Assembly: GCA_963726745.1 (NCBI GenBank)
Contig: CAVSDR010000006.1
Span: 256,001 to 320,000, forward strand
Direction of reading: 5' to 3'
Length of the DNA: 64,000 nucleotides
From: an uncultured Verrucomicrobiae bacterium
Lineage (GTDB): Bacteria > Verrucomicrobiota > Verrucomicrobiia > Chthoniobacterales > UBA10450
The notes under the pieces were generated by a model that saw only the letters and a list, made by a program, of their open reading frames with translations, had not been told where the DNA came from and made no database searches. The position numbers and the translations under genes were made by a program. Of this stretch, positions 29,051 to 39,866 are shown piece after piece. Positions within the stretch are counted from its first letter, which is position 1. Each line of letters starts with the position of its first letter.

Positions 29051-32000
29051 ATGACCCCCCTCAGAATTACCATCCTCCTCACAACCGCCCTCGCCTGCCT
29101 TGGCCGGGTTCTTCTTTGCGACTGCGCCCCTTGCTGGGGCCAGAGCCCCCTCGAGATCGAATGATCCCGTATGGGAGCTGACCGCCCACACTGCCATTTC
29201 CACCTCGGGCGATTGGAAAGCGCCCGCGGACGACTATCAGGCCTTGCGGCTCAACGCGTCGGCATTGGCCCGGGTCCTGGCGAGCGCGCCGATGGAACAC
29301 GCGGGCGATCTCCGGAATAGCCCCGCGATCATCAGCCTGCCGATGCCGGATGGCTCCTTCCAACGCTTCCGCATCGAAGAGTCCTCGGTGCTGGAGGCGG
29401 ACATGGCCGCGATGTATCCGGAGATCAAAAGCTACCGCGGCCAGGGGATCGAGGATGGGACGGCGACGGTGCGGTTCGATTGGACACCGCTCGGCTTCCA
29501 CGCGCTGATTCTCTCCGCGGACGGGCGCCCGGTAAACATCCTGCCGCCTAATCGCCATGACGTCTCCACCTACGTGAGCGCCTACCACCAGGCGGTTGCC
29601 TTCGAGTGCGGCGTGCCGGCGAGCGAGACGGCCAAGCCGGAATATGTCACTCGCCGCGGCACACCCGCGCCGCGCGTCGCCGTTGGCACCAACCTGCGCA
29701 CCGAGCGCATCGCGATCGCGGCCAACTGGGAATTCTGCAACAACATCGGCGGCGACACCCTGGCCGGCTCGATCGCGGCGATTAACGCCTTCCTTAATGC
29801 CACCAACGCGATCTACGAACGCGAAATGTCCACCCACATGAACCTGGTGAACGCGCCGAACGTCATCTACGCCTCAAACAACAACGTCTGCGGGCCGGGC
29901 AACAACGTCGCCTGCACGTCGGCGAATGACCCCTACACCAACAGCGACCAGACCACGATGCTTACCGAAGTGCGGGCCGACTTGGGCAACAAAGTCGGCT
30001 CCGCCAACTTCGACCTCGGCCACGTGCTCGGCATGGGCAGCGCCGGTGTCGCCGGCCTCGGCGTGGTCTGCGACAACAGCGGCGGCGGGGCCGGACCGCA
30101 AAAAGCCGTGGGCGCTTCGCGACTCTTCACCCCGGCGGGAAACTCCAGCGCGGTCGGCCTGTGGGCCCATGAGCTCGGGCACCAGCACGGGGCGAATCAC
30201 AGCTTCAACGGCACCGGGAACATTTGCGGCGCCGCCCGCAGTGGCAGCACCGCATGGGAAGTCGGCAGCGGCAGCACGATCATGTCCTACCGGGGGAATT
30301 GCGGGCCGGACAACATCGACAGCGGCGACGACCTCCGGTTCCACAATGGCAGCTACAACGAAATGCTGACCTACCTGACTGCTTCCGGCACCTGCGCGAC
30401 TTTCCCGGCGACGGGAAACGCCATCCCCTCGGTCAATGCCGGGCCGGCACGCACGATTCCAAAGCAAACGCCGTTTACGCTCACGGCCACCGGGACGGAT
30501 GCCGACGCGGGCGACATCCCGAATTTGCGCTTCGTCTGGGAGCAACTCGACGCTGGCGGTACGCTCTATCCGAATCCGCCTTACGGCGACCAGGCGGGCG
30601 ATCCAAACACGACCACGCGGCCGCTCTTCCGCGCGTTCCCGCCCACGGCCGACAAGTCGCGCACCTTCCCGAGCCTCACTTACATTCTGAATAATGCCAA
30701 CGTGCCGCCGGCCACCATCGGCGGCCTGCAAACCGCGGAGAGTTTGCCAGCAGTTTCACGCACGATGAACTTCCGCGCGACCGTGCGCGATTACCGCACC
30801 GGCGTGAATGACAGCGCGGTCGTGATTACCGTCGACGGAAACAGCGGGCCGTTTGCGGTCACTTCGCCAAACGGCGGCGGGACGCTGAGCGGGACGCAAA
30901 ACGTCACCTGGAACGTGGCCAACACCAACGCCGGTCCGGTCAACACCGCGAACGTCAAGATCTCCCTCTCGACCGATGGCGGGAACACCTTCCCGACGGT
31001 GCTCGCGCCGAGCGTGCCGAACAACGGCACCGCCAGCGTGACCTACCCGAATGGGATCACCAGTTCCAACGCCCGGGTGAAAGTCGAAGCCGTGGGCAAT
31101 ATCTACTTCGACATTTCAGACGGCAACTTCACCGTCGTCCCGGCGGACGGTTGTCCAGCGGTGAGCAGCTACCTCCCGCAGGCGGGCAATGCCGGCACCT
31201 CCGTGTTGATTACCGGGGTGAACTTCACCGGCGTAAACGCGGTCAAATTCAACGGCACCGCCGCCGCAAGCTTCACGGTGAACAGCGCCACCAGCATCAG
31301 CGCCACCGTCCCTGCCGGCGCCACCGGAGGAAACATCACCTTGAGCAAGCCCACCTGCACCGACCTCGTGGTTGGCCCCTTCAGCATCTGCCCGAATCCG
31401 CCGGTCGCGCTCGCGGTCGATGATGGCTCGGTGGAATCGGCCAGCTCCATCGGCAATGGCGCTTATTATGTGAACCGGCTCACGCCCACGAGCTATCCCG
31501 CGACCCTGACCCGGGTCTCGATCTACTGGAACGCCTTCCAGAGTTTCCCGCCCGGCACCGCGATTAACGTCGTGGCTGGCGCCAACCCCGGCGGGACCAC
31601 GAACATAGACAACACCACCCTGCAGAGCTTTGCCGCCGCCGCCGGGGCGCAGCCTGGGTTCACGACCTTCACCCTGCCGAATCCGATCACGATCAGCGCG
31701 GGCGATTTCGTGGTCGGCTTCAACGTGCCGACCGACCCCGGTTTCGCGGTTGCGGTCGATACCGGCAGCTCGATGATGCGTTCCTACCGGTCCGGCAACG
31801 GCGTCACCTGGACCGCAGTGCCCACGGGCAATTACATGATCCGGGCCGCGCAGGTCTACAGCAACTGCAGTGCGGGCGCTCCAGTGCCCTCGCTCGTGGT
31901 ATCGCGGAAGATGCATGGCGCCACGCCGTTCGACATCCCGATCCCGGCGGAAACAGAACCGCGCAGCGGCGGCGCTACCGACGCCTACCAGCTCGTCTTC

Positions 32001-32378
32001 ACCTTCCCTACCGCGGTCACCTTCACCAGTGCGGCGGTCACCGCTGGGGCTGGCACGGTAGCGACGAGTAGCGGCAGCGGCACCACCACGGTAGCGGTCG
32101 ATCTCACGGGCGTGACCAGTGCCCAGAAAACAACCGTTACTCTCACCGGAGTGAATAACGGGGCCAGCACCGGCAACGTCGCGGTGCAGCTGAGCGTGCT
32201 CGTGGGCGACAGCAATAACGACAACAACGTCAACGTCGGCGACGCCATCCAGGTTCGGAGTCGGTCCGGTGGCCCGCTCGACGGCACCACCTTCCGTTCC
32301 GACCTGAATGTGGATGGCACACTGAACGCGGGCGATACCATCGTCGCCCGCAGCCGCTCCGGCGACTCCCTGCCTTAG
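29051..32378 (+). CDS. Secreted M12/reprolysin-like zinc metalloprotease with IPT/TIG and C-terminal dockerin-like repeats; +1 frameshift in signal peptide (~29099)
   Basis: HELGHQHGANH zinc motif, GSTIMSY Met-turn; GDSNNDNNVNVGD / DLNVDGTLNAGD; MTPLRITILLTTALAC joins LAGFFF in next frame. Confidence 0.85.
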
Positions 32379-32395
32379 CCGCCCGGTTCTCCCGT

Positions 32396-32426
32396 CAGCC
32401 GCCGGCGATTCTTTCGCCGGCGGCTG
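32396..32426. terminator. GC-rich hairpin between protease and tRNA
   Basis: CAGCCGCCGGCGA-ttctt-TCGCCGGCGGCTG perfect 13-bp stem; no clear U tract. Confidence 0.5.
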
Positions 32427-32545
32427 CTCGCGGAGACGCGCCTTAGAAGAAACATGGGCAGCGCTTCTTCCCTGCTGCTCTTGCGGCAGCGAAAGCAACA
32501 CCATGAAAATGGGCTGCGCATGGGAAGAGCTGGCGCGAAAGAGCG

Positions 32546-32616
32546 CTGCCTCGCAAGGATTCGAACCTTGACAAAGAGATCCAGAATCTCTCGTGCTACC
32601 GTTACACCACGAGGCA
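32546..32616 (-). tRNA. tRNA-Gln (anticodon CTG), CCA not encoded
   Basis: Acceptor stem TGCCTCG/CGAGGCA, D arm TGGTGTAACGGTAGCAC, anticodon loop TTCTGGA, T loop GGTTCGAATCC. Confidence 0.95.
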
Positions 32617-32684
32617 AAAAGCAGGGCGCCATCTATCGCCTCGATTCGCGGTGGCGGCAAGTGGGCGTGCGCCCAAGGTGCTGA

Positions 32685-34019
32685 CTAATTTTTCGCGGCC
32701 GCCGGCTTGGGCGTAAACCAAATCTCCGCGCCTTCGCGGGCCGCTTCCACTTCCATGGAGGCGCCAGCCTCGACCACCAGCAACCGCGCGCCCTCGAGCA
32801 TCTCGTCGATCTTTGCGTCGTCGTGATTTGGGTCGTGATGGAAAAGGATCAACCGCCGCACTTCCGCCTCGAGCGCGAGCGAAACTACCCGGCTGAGCGA
32901 GCCGTGGCCCCAGCCGACATGCGTCTCGTATTCCTCGTCGGTGTATTGCGCGTCCATGATCAGCGCGTCGCAGCCGCGGAGGAAATCCGCCAGCTTTGTC
33001 TTCTCCGCTTTGGCAAAGGCGCGCGCCTCCTCGACGCTGGCGTTTTCGTTCTGCGCCAGTTGCACCTTGAGCAGTTCGAAAGGCTCGTTGTCGGGGAAAT
33101 AGGCGATGGAGCCGCCGCTGGTGTTCAGCCGGTAGCCGGCGCAAATCCCCGGGTGGTTGGCGAACTTTGCCTGCACTTTCACCTTGCCGATCGAGAACTC
33201 CATTTCGCGCAGCTCCTCGATCTGGATGTCGCTCCGGAGCGCTTTCAAGCTCACCGGAAAAAACGGCGTTTCCATCTGGCCGGCGAGAATCGTGGCCAGG
33301 CCGGCACGCGCCCCTTCGTAGCCAAGGACGCGGATGTCATTTTTGCGGTTGTAGGCCGGGAGAAAAAACGGAAGGCCCTGGATGTGATCCCAGTGCGTGT
33401 GCGTGACGAGCAGCGTGAGATGGATCGGGCGCTCGGCGAATTCCTCCTCCAGCGCGAGGCCGAGCGCGCGAATGCCGGAGCCGGCGTCCATCACGATAAT
33501 TTCCCCGTCCGTGCGCACTTCCACGCAGCTGGTGTTCCCGCCGTAGCGCACGGTTGCGGCCCCTGGCACCGGAATGGAACCGCGCACGCCCCAGAACTTC
33601 AGCCGGGTCGACGGCGTGTGGAAATCGGCCGAGCCATTGCGCACGACCGTGGGCAAGCGCGGCAGCGGGAGGATGCGCTCGATCGTCGAGGACAGCATCT
33701 CCCAGCTGACCGGCTTTACGAGATATTCATCCGCGCCGGCTTCGAGCGCGCTCGTGCGATCGACGCCGTAATCGCGCCCGGAAATGACGATAATTTTCGA
33801 GGGCTGGAGCGCCTGGCGCAGGGCCCGGCAAACTTGGAAGCCGTTCGCCTTTGGCATCAGCAAGTCGCACAGAATGACCTCCGGGCGATGCTTCAAAGCC
33901 ATCGCGATTCCCGCCTCGCCATCGCCTGCCTGGAGCACGGTCCAGCGCTCACGAGGGAACAATTCGCTCGTGATCCGCCGACTTTCGTCGTCGTCTTCGA
34001 TCAGTAGGACGGTGGGCAT
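32685..34019 (-). CDS. Response-regulator receiver + MBL-fold metallohydrolase fusion
   Basis: LLIEDD, CDLLMP, KP receiver; WGVRGS...YGGNTSC, THTHWDHIQG, GWGH, FHHDP. Confidence 0.9.
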   Translation of the reverse strand: MPTVLLIEDDDESRRITSELFPRERWTVLQAGDGEAGIAMALKHRPEVILCDLLMPKANGFQVCRALRQALQPSKIIVISGRDYGVDRTSALEAGADEYLVKPVSWEMLSSTIERILPLPRLPTVVRNGSADFHTPSTRLKFWGVRGSIPVPGAATVRYGGNTSCVEVRTDGEIIVMDAGSGIRALGLALEEEFAERPIHLTLLVTHTHWDHIQGLPFFLPAYNRKNDIRVLGYEGARAGLATILAGQMETPFFPVSLKALRSDIQIEELREMEFSIGKVKVQAKFANHPGICAGYRLNTSGGSIAYFPDNEPFELLKVQLAQNENASVEEARAFAKAEKTKLADFLRGCDALIMDAQYTDEEYETHVGWGHGSLSRVVSLALEAEVRRLILFHHDPNHDDAKIDEMLEGARLLVVEAGASMEVEAAREGAEIWFTPKPAAAKN

Positions 34020-34118
34020 TAAAACGGGTGTAACGGCGTTCTGGCAAAACTGCTAGAGCGATCTTCGCGCCACGCAGGGCACTTCTCTCCCGAAAGCCCC
34101 CTGCCGAGAGGCAAAATC

Positions 34119-34526
34119 CTAAAGCAAACTGCGCCCGAAAGCTCCCGGCGCGCCGCGCTTCCAGCGCAGCTCCGGCTCGAGATTGATCTCGTCCAGCCGC
34201 ACCTCAAACCCAGCCGCGCGCAGTAAATAGGCGACACCTTCACGGCTCTCCATCGTCTCCTTCAGGCTGCGCGCGAAAAGCTCGATGTATTCTTTGTACG
34301 ACTCGAGCGCCAGTTTCCCGTCAGCGAAATGCTCCGCGAGCGATTCGTCGTGGTAATCGATCAACTCCGAGAGTGCGCGCCGCAGTTTCGCCCGCATCTC
34401 GGGATCGACCACCAGCTTGAAGGGCGTCGCCCCGGGGTCGGGCAGCTTCGGCATTTTCTTGGCCAACATCTGCTCCGGCGCCGCTGGGGGCGTGAGCTGG
34501 TAGTCTCCTGGAGTTTGCTCGGCCAT
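34119..34526 (-). CDS. Hypothetical protein
   Basis: 135 aa ATG ORF co-oriented between hppA and the REC-MBL gene. Confidence 0.65.
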   Translation of the reverse strand: MAEQTPGDYQLTPPAAPEQMLAKKMPKLPDPGATPFKLVVDPEMRAKLRRALSELIDYHDESLAEHFADGKLALESYKEYIELFARSLKETMESREGVAYLLRAAGFEVRLDEINLEPELRWKRGAPGAFGRSLL

Positions 34527-34556
34527 GCGGTCGCAGTGGCGGAAAGCCCGCGCCTT

Positions 34557-36635
34557 CTAGCGGAAGAAAATCGGGATAATCAAAATGGCCACGATGTTGA
34601 CCACTTTAATCATCGGGTTGATCGCCGGGCCGGCGGTGTCCTTGTAAGGATCGCCCACGGTGTCGCCCGTGACCGAAGCCGCGTGCGCCATCGAGCCTTT
34701 GCCGCCGAGATTGCCTTCCTCGATATATTTCTTCGCGTTGTCCCACGCGCCGCCGCTCGAGGTCATGGCGATGGCCACAAACAAGCCAGTCACGATCGTG
34801 CCCACGAGCAGGCCGCCCAGAACCGTCGGCCCGAGCTGCGGAATCGCGGCCACGATGCAGACAAACGCCACCGGTAGAAGTGCCGGGATAATCATTTCGC
34901 GCAGGGCCGCCTTGGTCACGATGTCGACGCAAACGCCGTAGTCCGGCTTGTCCGCGCCGGTCAAAATTCCCGGCTTCGCAGTCAACTGCCGCCGCACTTC
35001 ACGCACGACCGCCCCGGCCGCTTTGCCGACCGCGTCCATGCTGAAAGCGGTGAAGAGGAACGGCAACAATCCGCCAATGAAAAGGCCGATGATCACCTTG
35101 GGATCGTTCAGCGAGAAATCGAAATTGCCCACGCGCCCGATGATCGCAAAGTGCGCCCGCAATTCCTCCACATAAGAGCCGAAGAGCACCAGCGCCGCGA
35201 GACCGGCGGAAGCGATCGCGTATCCCTTGGTCACGGCCTTCATCGTGTTGCCCACGGCGTCGAGGTCATCGGTGACCGCGCGCACTTCCTTGGGCAATTC
35301 GCTCATCACCGCAATGCCGCCGGCGTTGTCGGTGATCGGGCCAAAGGCATCCAGCGAGATGATAATGCCAGCCATCGAAAGCATGCTCATGACCGCGATC
35401 GCGATCCCGTAAAGGCCCGCGAAGTGATAGCTGAGTAAAATAGACAGCCCGATGAACGCCACCGGCAGCGCGGTCGCGTGCTGCCCGATTGCGAGACCGG
35501 CGATGATGTTCGTCGCGTGTCCGGTCTCGGAAGCCTTGGCGATTTTGCGCACCGGGCTGTAGGCCGTGGAGGTGTAGTAGTTCGTGATCAGCACGACCAA
35601 GAAAGTCATCGCCAGGCCGACCAAGGCAGAAGCGTAGAGCGCGTTCGCCGAATGCAGCAGGCCGCCGATGGCGACGCCGTTCGGGAAGAGCAGCCGCGTC
35701 GCCGGCCAGAAGAGCACCGCCGAAACTACCGCGCTCGCGCCGACCGCGCCCATAAGCGCCGCGCCCGGCTTCATCGTGGTCACGTTTACGAAAATGATGC
35801 CGAGAATCGCGCCGAGCACCGAGATGCCGCCGAGGATAAAGGGATAAACGATCGCCGCTGGGTAGGTCGGCAGGGTCAGCGCCGCGACCAGGATCGCGCC
35901 GATCAAGCTGACCGCGTAGGTCTCGAAAACGTCCGCTGCCATGCCGGCGCAATCGCCCACGTTGTCGCCCACGTTATCTGCGATCGTCGCCGGATTACGC
36001 GGATCGTCTTCGTCGAGGTTCTGCTCGATTTTGCCGACGAGATCGGCGCCCACGTCGGCCGCCTTGGTGTAAATGCCGCCGCCGAGACGCGCGAAAACGC
36101 TGATTAAACTCGCGCCCAGCGCCAGGCCGATGAGGCTCTTGACCGCCGGATCGTGCCCGATCATGCGGCTGGCCAGGGTGTAGAAAAGGCCCACCGAAAG
36201 GAGCGCCAAACCGACCACGAGCAGGCCGGTGACCGCGCCGCCATTGAAGGCCACGCGCATCGCCGCGGTGCGGGAAGTGGTCGCGGCAAAGGCGGTGCGC
36301 ACGTTGGCCAGCACCGCGATGCGCATGCCGATGTAACCGGCGGCTAACGAGCAGAAGGCCCCAATGAGAAAGCCGACCGCGGTCGCGCCGTCGCGGAAAA
36401 TAAACAGCAAGATGAAGATCACCACCGCGATCGCACTGATCGTGATCACCTGGCGATTCAGATACGCCTTGGCCCCTTCCTGGACGGCGCCGGCGATCTC
36501 GCGCATGCGTTCATTTCCGGGGGAACGGCTGATCACTGCCTTGATCAGGAAGAAGGCGAAAACGAGGCCACCGGCGGCCAAAAGCATCGAAAGGGTGACG
36601 CCGAAATCGAGGATCGAGAGAGCAAGCAAAGTCAT
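34557..36635 (-). CDS. hppA: Membrane H+-translocating pyrophosphatase, K+-independent type
   Basis: [43 protein letters not shown] (Lys at the K+-dependence position), [11 protein letters not shown]. Confidence 0.95.
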   Translation of the reverse strand: MTLLALSILDFGVTLSMLLAAGGLVFAFFLIKAVISRSPGNERMREIAGAVQEGAKAYLNRQVITISAIAVVIFILLFIFRDGATAVGFLIGAFCSLAAGYIGMRIAVLANVRTAFAATTSRTAAMRVAFNGGAVTGLLVVGLALLSVGLFYTLASRMIGHDPAVKSLIGLALGASLISVFARLGGGIYTKAADVGADLVGKIEQNLDEDDPRNPATIADNVGDNVGDCAGMAADVFETYAVSLIGAILVAALTLPTYPAAIVYPFILGGISVLGAILGIIFVNVTTMKPGAALMGAVGASAVVSAVLFWPATRLLFPNGVAIGGLLHSANALYASALVGLAMTFLVVLITNYYTSTAYSPVRKIAKASETGHATNIIAGLAIGQHATALPVAFIGLSILLSYHFAGLYGIAIAVMSMLSMAGIIISLDAFGPITDNAGGIAVMSELPKEVRAVTDDLDAVGNTMKAVTKGYAIASAGLAALVLFGSYVEELRAHFAIIGRVGNFDFSLNDPKVIIGLFIGGLLPFLFTAFSMDAVGKAAGAVVREVRRQLTAKPGILTGADKPDYGVCVDIVTKAALREMIIPALLPVAFVCIVAAIPQLGPTVLGGLLVGTIVTGLFVAIAMTSSGGAWDNAKKYIEEGNLGGKGSMAHAASVTGDTVGDPYKDTAGPAINPMIKVVNIVAILIIPIFFR

Positions 36636-36741
36636 AGGCAGGGTCGGAATTGAAGTGCGAGACGATAGGGACTTTTCCCTCACTGGCAACGGCTATCTGC
36701 CGCGTTTCCGCGCCCTCCAGAGCACTCGTTAGCGCGAGGGT

Positions 36742-38244
36742 TTAGAGCTCAAAAAAGTTGCGCAATCGCTTGAGGAAATTGGCGGTGTATTCGCGCTCTC
36801 GCTGGGCCCGGTCCTCCGGCACCGTGGCCTCTTTCAGCCGCCCTTCGGTTTCCATTTTTCGCTGCGCCAGCAGCCCGCTCAACTGCGCCAGGCAATCCGG
36901 CGCGCCCCGCAGGAGTTCGCCCATGATCACCTTGCTGATCTCGAGCACTTCGCAGTCGTTCTCCGCCCGCACCGTGGCGGTCCGTTTTTCGCCCGTCAGG
37001 AGCGACATTTCCCCAAAGCAATCCCCTTCCCGGAGAACGCCCACGCGGATCGGCACGCCCTCTTTCTCCACCGAGACCTGCGCCGTCCCCCGCAGGAGGA
37101 CAAACATCGAGTCGCCTTCCGCCGCTTCCTCGATCACCGCCTCCCCGCGACCGAAATGGTTCGGCTCCGACTTTTGAATGATGCCGTCTAATTGCTCATC
37201 GCTCAGGCAGCCGAAGAGCGGCTCGTCGCGCAGAATGTCGCGCGCCTTCCGGCGCATTTCCTGCCCGGGCACGTGCGGCTGGCGCTGGAGATGGAGCGTG
37301 CGAATCGGGAACGGGATGGTGATTTTCCGCCGGCGAAATTCATACCAGACGTTCGTGCGGATGGCATCGCAGACGTCGTTGTAGCGTGCGTGTCCGGTCA
37401 TCCAAAACTTGATCTCGTAGAGAATCGCGGACTCGCCGTAGTCCCGCAGGAAAACCTTCGGCGGCGGCTGCGGCTCCACCCCCTCGGCCTCGGTCACGGC
37501 GCGCAGGAGCGCGTCCTTCACCCGGTTAGGCGGCACGCTGTAGTCCGCGCCCACCTGGATGCGCATCGCGTGGATCTGGCTCGGGTAGCTGATGTTCACG
37601 ATCGTCTGCTTGACGATGTCGTTGTTCGGAATGTGCAGGTAGATGGCGTCGTTCGTGCGCAAACGCGTGGCCCCCCAGCGAATCTCCATGACCTCGCCGT
37701 AGGTTTCGCCCACCTTGAGCCAGTCGCCGACTTTGTAGGGCCGTTGGATTTGCAGCGACATCCCCGCGACCACGCTGCTGAGGAGATTCTGCGCCGCGAA
37801 ACCGAGGATGATCGCAGCCACGCCGGAGCCCGCGAGCAGCCCTTTGAGTTGCGTCTCCGCGTGATAGCCCACGCTTAAGACGAAGAGGAGCGCGATCAGG
37901 AACAGGACCATCGCCGCGGTGTCGCGGAGAAGCTTCGGCACCGGCACTTGCCGGCGGGTCTGGAAGTAATAGTCCCAGAGATAGCGATCCAGCAGCGCGA
38001 CCACGATGCCGGTGCTGAGCAAGATGACCGCGGCGCCGAGATGCCCGCGCCAGGTCGTCTCCACTCCGTAGACCGCGAGCGCGGCATAGAAGGCGAGCGC
38101 GAGGCAGAAGAGCTGGTAGAGAATGCCCAGCGGCACACCCGCGCGCCGCTTGAGGACGCGTCCCAGGGTGAGGGCGACAAAGAAGACGGCGACGAATGCG
38201 AAGACCGTGGCCCCGGCCCGCTGTGCGCCCTCGAGATTAAACAT
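36742..38244 (-). CDS. MscS mechanosensitive channel with C-terminal cNMP-binding domain
   Basis: GFAAQ..L, PYKVGDW, IPN, FPIR MscS motifs; FGEMSLLTGEKRTATV phosphate-binding cassette. Confidence 0.92.
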   Translation of the reverse strand: MFNLEGAQRAGATVFAFVAVFFVALTLGRVLKRRAGVPLGILYQLFCLALAFYAALAVYGVETTWRGHLGAAVILLSTGIVVALLDRYLWDYYFQTRRQVPVPKLLRDTAAMVLFLIALLFVLSVGYHAETQLKGLLAGSGVAAIILGFAAQNLLSSVVAGMSLQIQRPYKVGDWLKVGETYGEVMEIRWGATRLRTNDAIYLHIPNNDIVKQTIVNISYPSQIHAMRIQVGADYSVPPNRVKDALLRAVTEAEGVEPQPPPKVFLRDYGESAILYEIKFWMTGHARYNDVCDAIRTNVWYEFRRRKITIPFPIRTLHLQRQPHVPGQEMRRKARDILRDEPLFGCLSDEQLDGIIQKSEPNHFGRGEAVIEEAAEGDSMFVLLRGTAQVSVEKEGVPIRVGVLREGDCFGEMSLLTGEKRTATVRAENDCEVLEISKVIMGELLRGAPDCLAQLSGLLAQRKMETEGRLKEATVPEDRAQREREYTANFLKRLRNFFEL

Positions 38245-38304
38245 TGCGCGGGAGCCTAGCAGAAGCCCGCGCGCGGCGACAACCCCGTCGCTCGGCCTAA
38301 CGAA

Positions 38305-38952
38305 TTATTCCGCGGCGCTCGCTTCCGCGGACGCGGAATTCTCGGAGCCGACCGCCTCGCCCACAGAGTAGCGGGTGAACCGGCGGATGACGATGTTCTC
38401 GCCGAGCTCGGCGATCTTGGTCGCAACCAGTTCCTTGATCGTTTGGTCGGGATTCTTGATAAAGCCCTGCTCCATCAGGCAGACCGTGCTGTAGAACTTA
38501 TCCAGCTTCCCGTCCACGATTTTGCCGACAACATTGGCCGGCTTGTCCTTCACCTGGCCCTCGTAGATCGCACGCTCGGAGCTGATCGTTTTCTCCGGCA
38601 CTTCCTCGCGGTTCACGTAAAGCGGATGCGCCGCCGCGATGTGCAAGGTGATATCCTTCACGAAATCGCGAAAGATCTCGTTCTTGGCCACGAAGTCGGT
38701 CTCGCAATTCACTTCCACGAGCACGCCCACCTTGCCCTGCAGGTGAATGTAGGAGGCAACGATTCCTTCCTTGGTCGCACGCGAAGCCTTCTTGCTCGCG
38801 CCGGCGATCCCCTTGGTCCGGAGCGCAGCTTCCGCTTTCTCCAAGTCGCCGCCTGCTTCCGCGAGCGCACGCTTGCAGTCCATCATGCCCGCGTTCGTCC
38901 GTTCGCGGAGTTGCTTGACCAGTTGGGGATTGATTTCGGCTTTGGCTTCCAT
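38305..38952 (-). CDS. tsf: Elongation factor Ts (short form)
   Basis: VKQLRERTNAGMMDCK, EVNCETDFVA, GENIVIRRF. Confidence 0.97.
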   Translation of the reverse strand: MEAKAEINPQLVKQLRERTNAGMMDCKRALAEAGGDLEKAEAALRTKGIAGASKKASRATKEGIVASYIHLQGKVGVLVEVNCETDFVAKNEIFRDFVKDITLHIAAAHPLYVNREEVPEKTISSERAIYEGQVKDKPANVVGKIVDGKLDKFYSTVCLMEQGFIKNPDQTIKELVATKIAELGENIVIRRFTRYSVGEAVGSENSASAEASAAE

Positions 38953-39036
38953 GGGATGGGGAAAAGGTTGTGGCGATGGAGCTGACGGCATTGACCCATC
39001 AGCACACAGCATCGGCCGGATTTTGAAAACTGCGGG

Positions 39037-39768
39037 TTAGGCGGAAACGCCGGCCATCTCGACCTGCTCGCGAATCCGGGCTTCGCCGCTGGAGGAGACA
39101 ATCGAGTCGACCAATTTCTGCAGGACTACGCGAATCGCGCGGATGGCGTCGTCGTTCCCCGCGATCGGGTAATCGATCAACTCCGGATCGGCGTTCGTAT
39201 CCACGATCGCGACCGTCGGAATCCCGAGGCGGCGCGCTTCGTTGACGGCATTCTGCTCGCGAGTGGTGTCGATCACCACCATGGCGTCGGGTAATTTCTG
39301 CATCTCAAGGATGCCTTCGAGGTTGCGGCGAAGCTTCGCGCCTTCACGGCCGAGCGCGGCCAGCTCCTGCTTGCCCATCTTTTTGAAGTCGGGCGAGGAC
39401 TCGATCTCTTCGATATATTTCAAGCGGCCGATGCTCTTGCGGATGGTCGCGAGATTGGTCAGCGTGCCGCCGAGCCAGCGCTGGTTGACGAAAAATTGTC
39501 CGCACGCCTGGGCCGCTTCCTTGACCGCTTCCTGCGCCTGCTTCTTGCAGCCGACGAACAGAATCTTGCCGCCGCGCCGGGTCACTTCCTGGAGGAAATC
39601 GGTCGCTGTCTGCAGCTGCTTGACCGTCTCGTCGAGGTTGATGATGTAAATCTGGTTGCGCTGCTCGAAAATGAACGGCTTCATCTTCGGGTTCCAGCGC
39701 TTGGTCTGGTGGCCGAAGTGGACGCCCGCTTCGAGCAATTCCGGAACTAATTCTGTTGCTGTCGCCAT
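39037..39768 (-). CDS. rpsB: 30S ribosomal protein S2
   Basis: LLEAGVHFGH, WNPKM, RWLGGTLTN, DTNADP, GNDDA. Confidence 0.98.
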   Translation of the reverse strand: MATATELVPELLEAGVHFGHQTKRWNPKMKPFIFEQRNQIYIINLDETVKQLQTATDFLQEVTRRGGKILFVGCKKQAQEAVKEAAQACGQFFVNQRWLGGTLTNLATIRKSIGRLKYIEEIESSPDFKKMGKQELAALGREGAKLRRNLEGILEMQKLPDAMVVIDTTREQNAVNEARRLGIPTVAIVDTNADPELIDYPIAGNDDAIRAIRVVLQKLVDSIVSSSGEARIREQVEMAGVSA

Positions 39769-39866
39769 AGGGTAAAACGTGCGCGCTCCGCGCAATGCGG
39801 AGCGGACGTGGAAGATGCAACGGCGCGCGACAAAGGCAAACAGAATGTTCGCCCAGCGTCACCCAG

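Noticed and set aside
28950..32616. Genomic island integrated at tRNA-Gln
   Set aside because: No integrase and no duplicated tRNA 3' end seen
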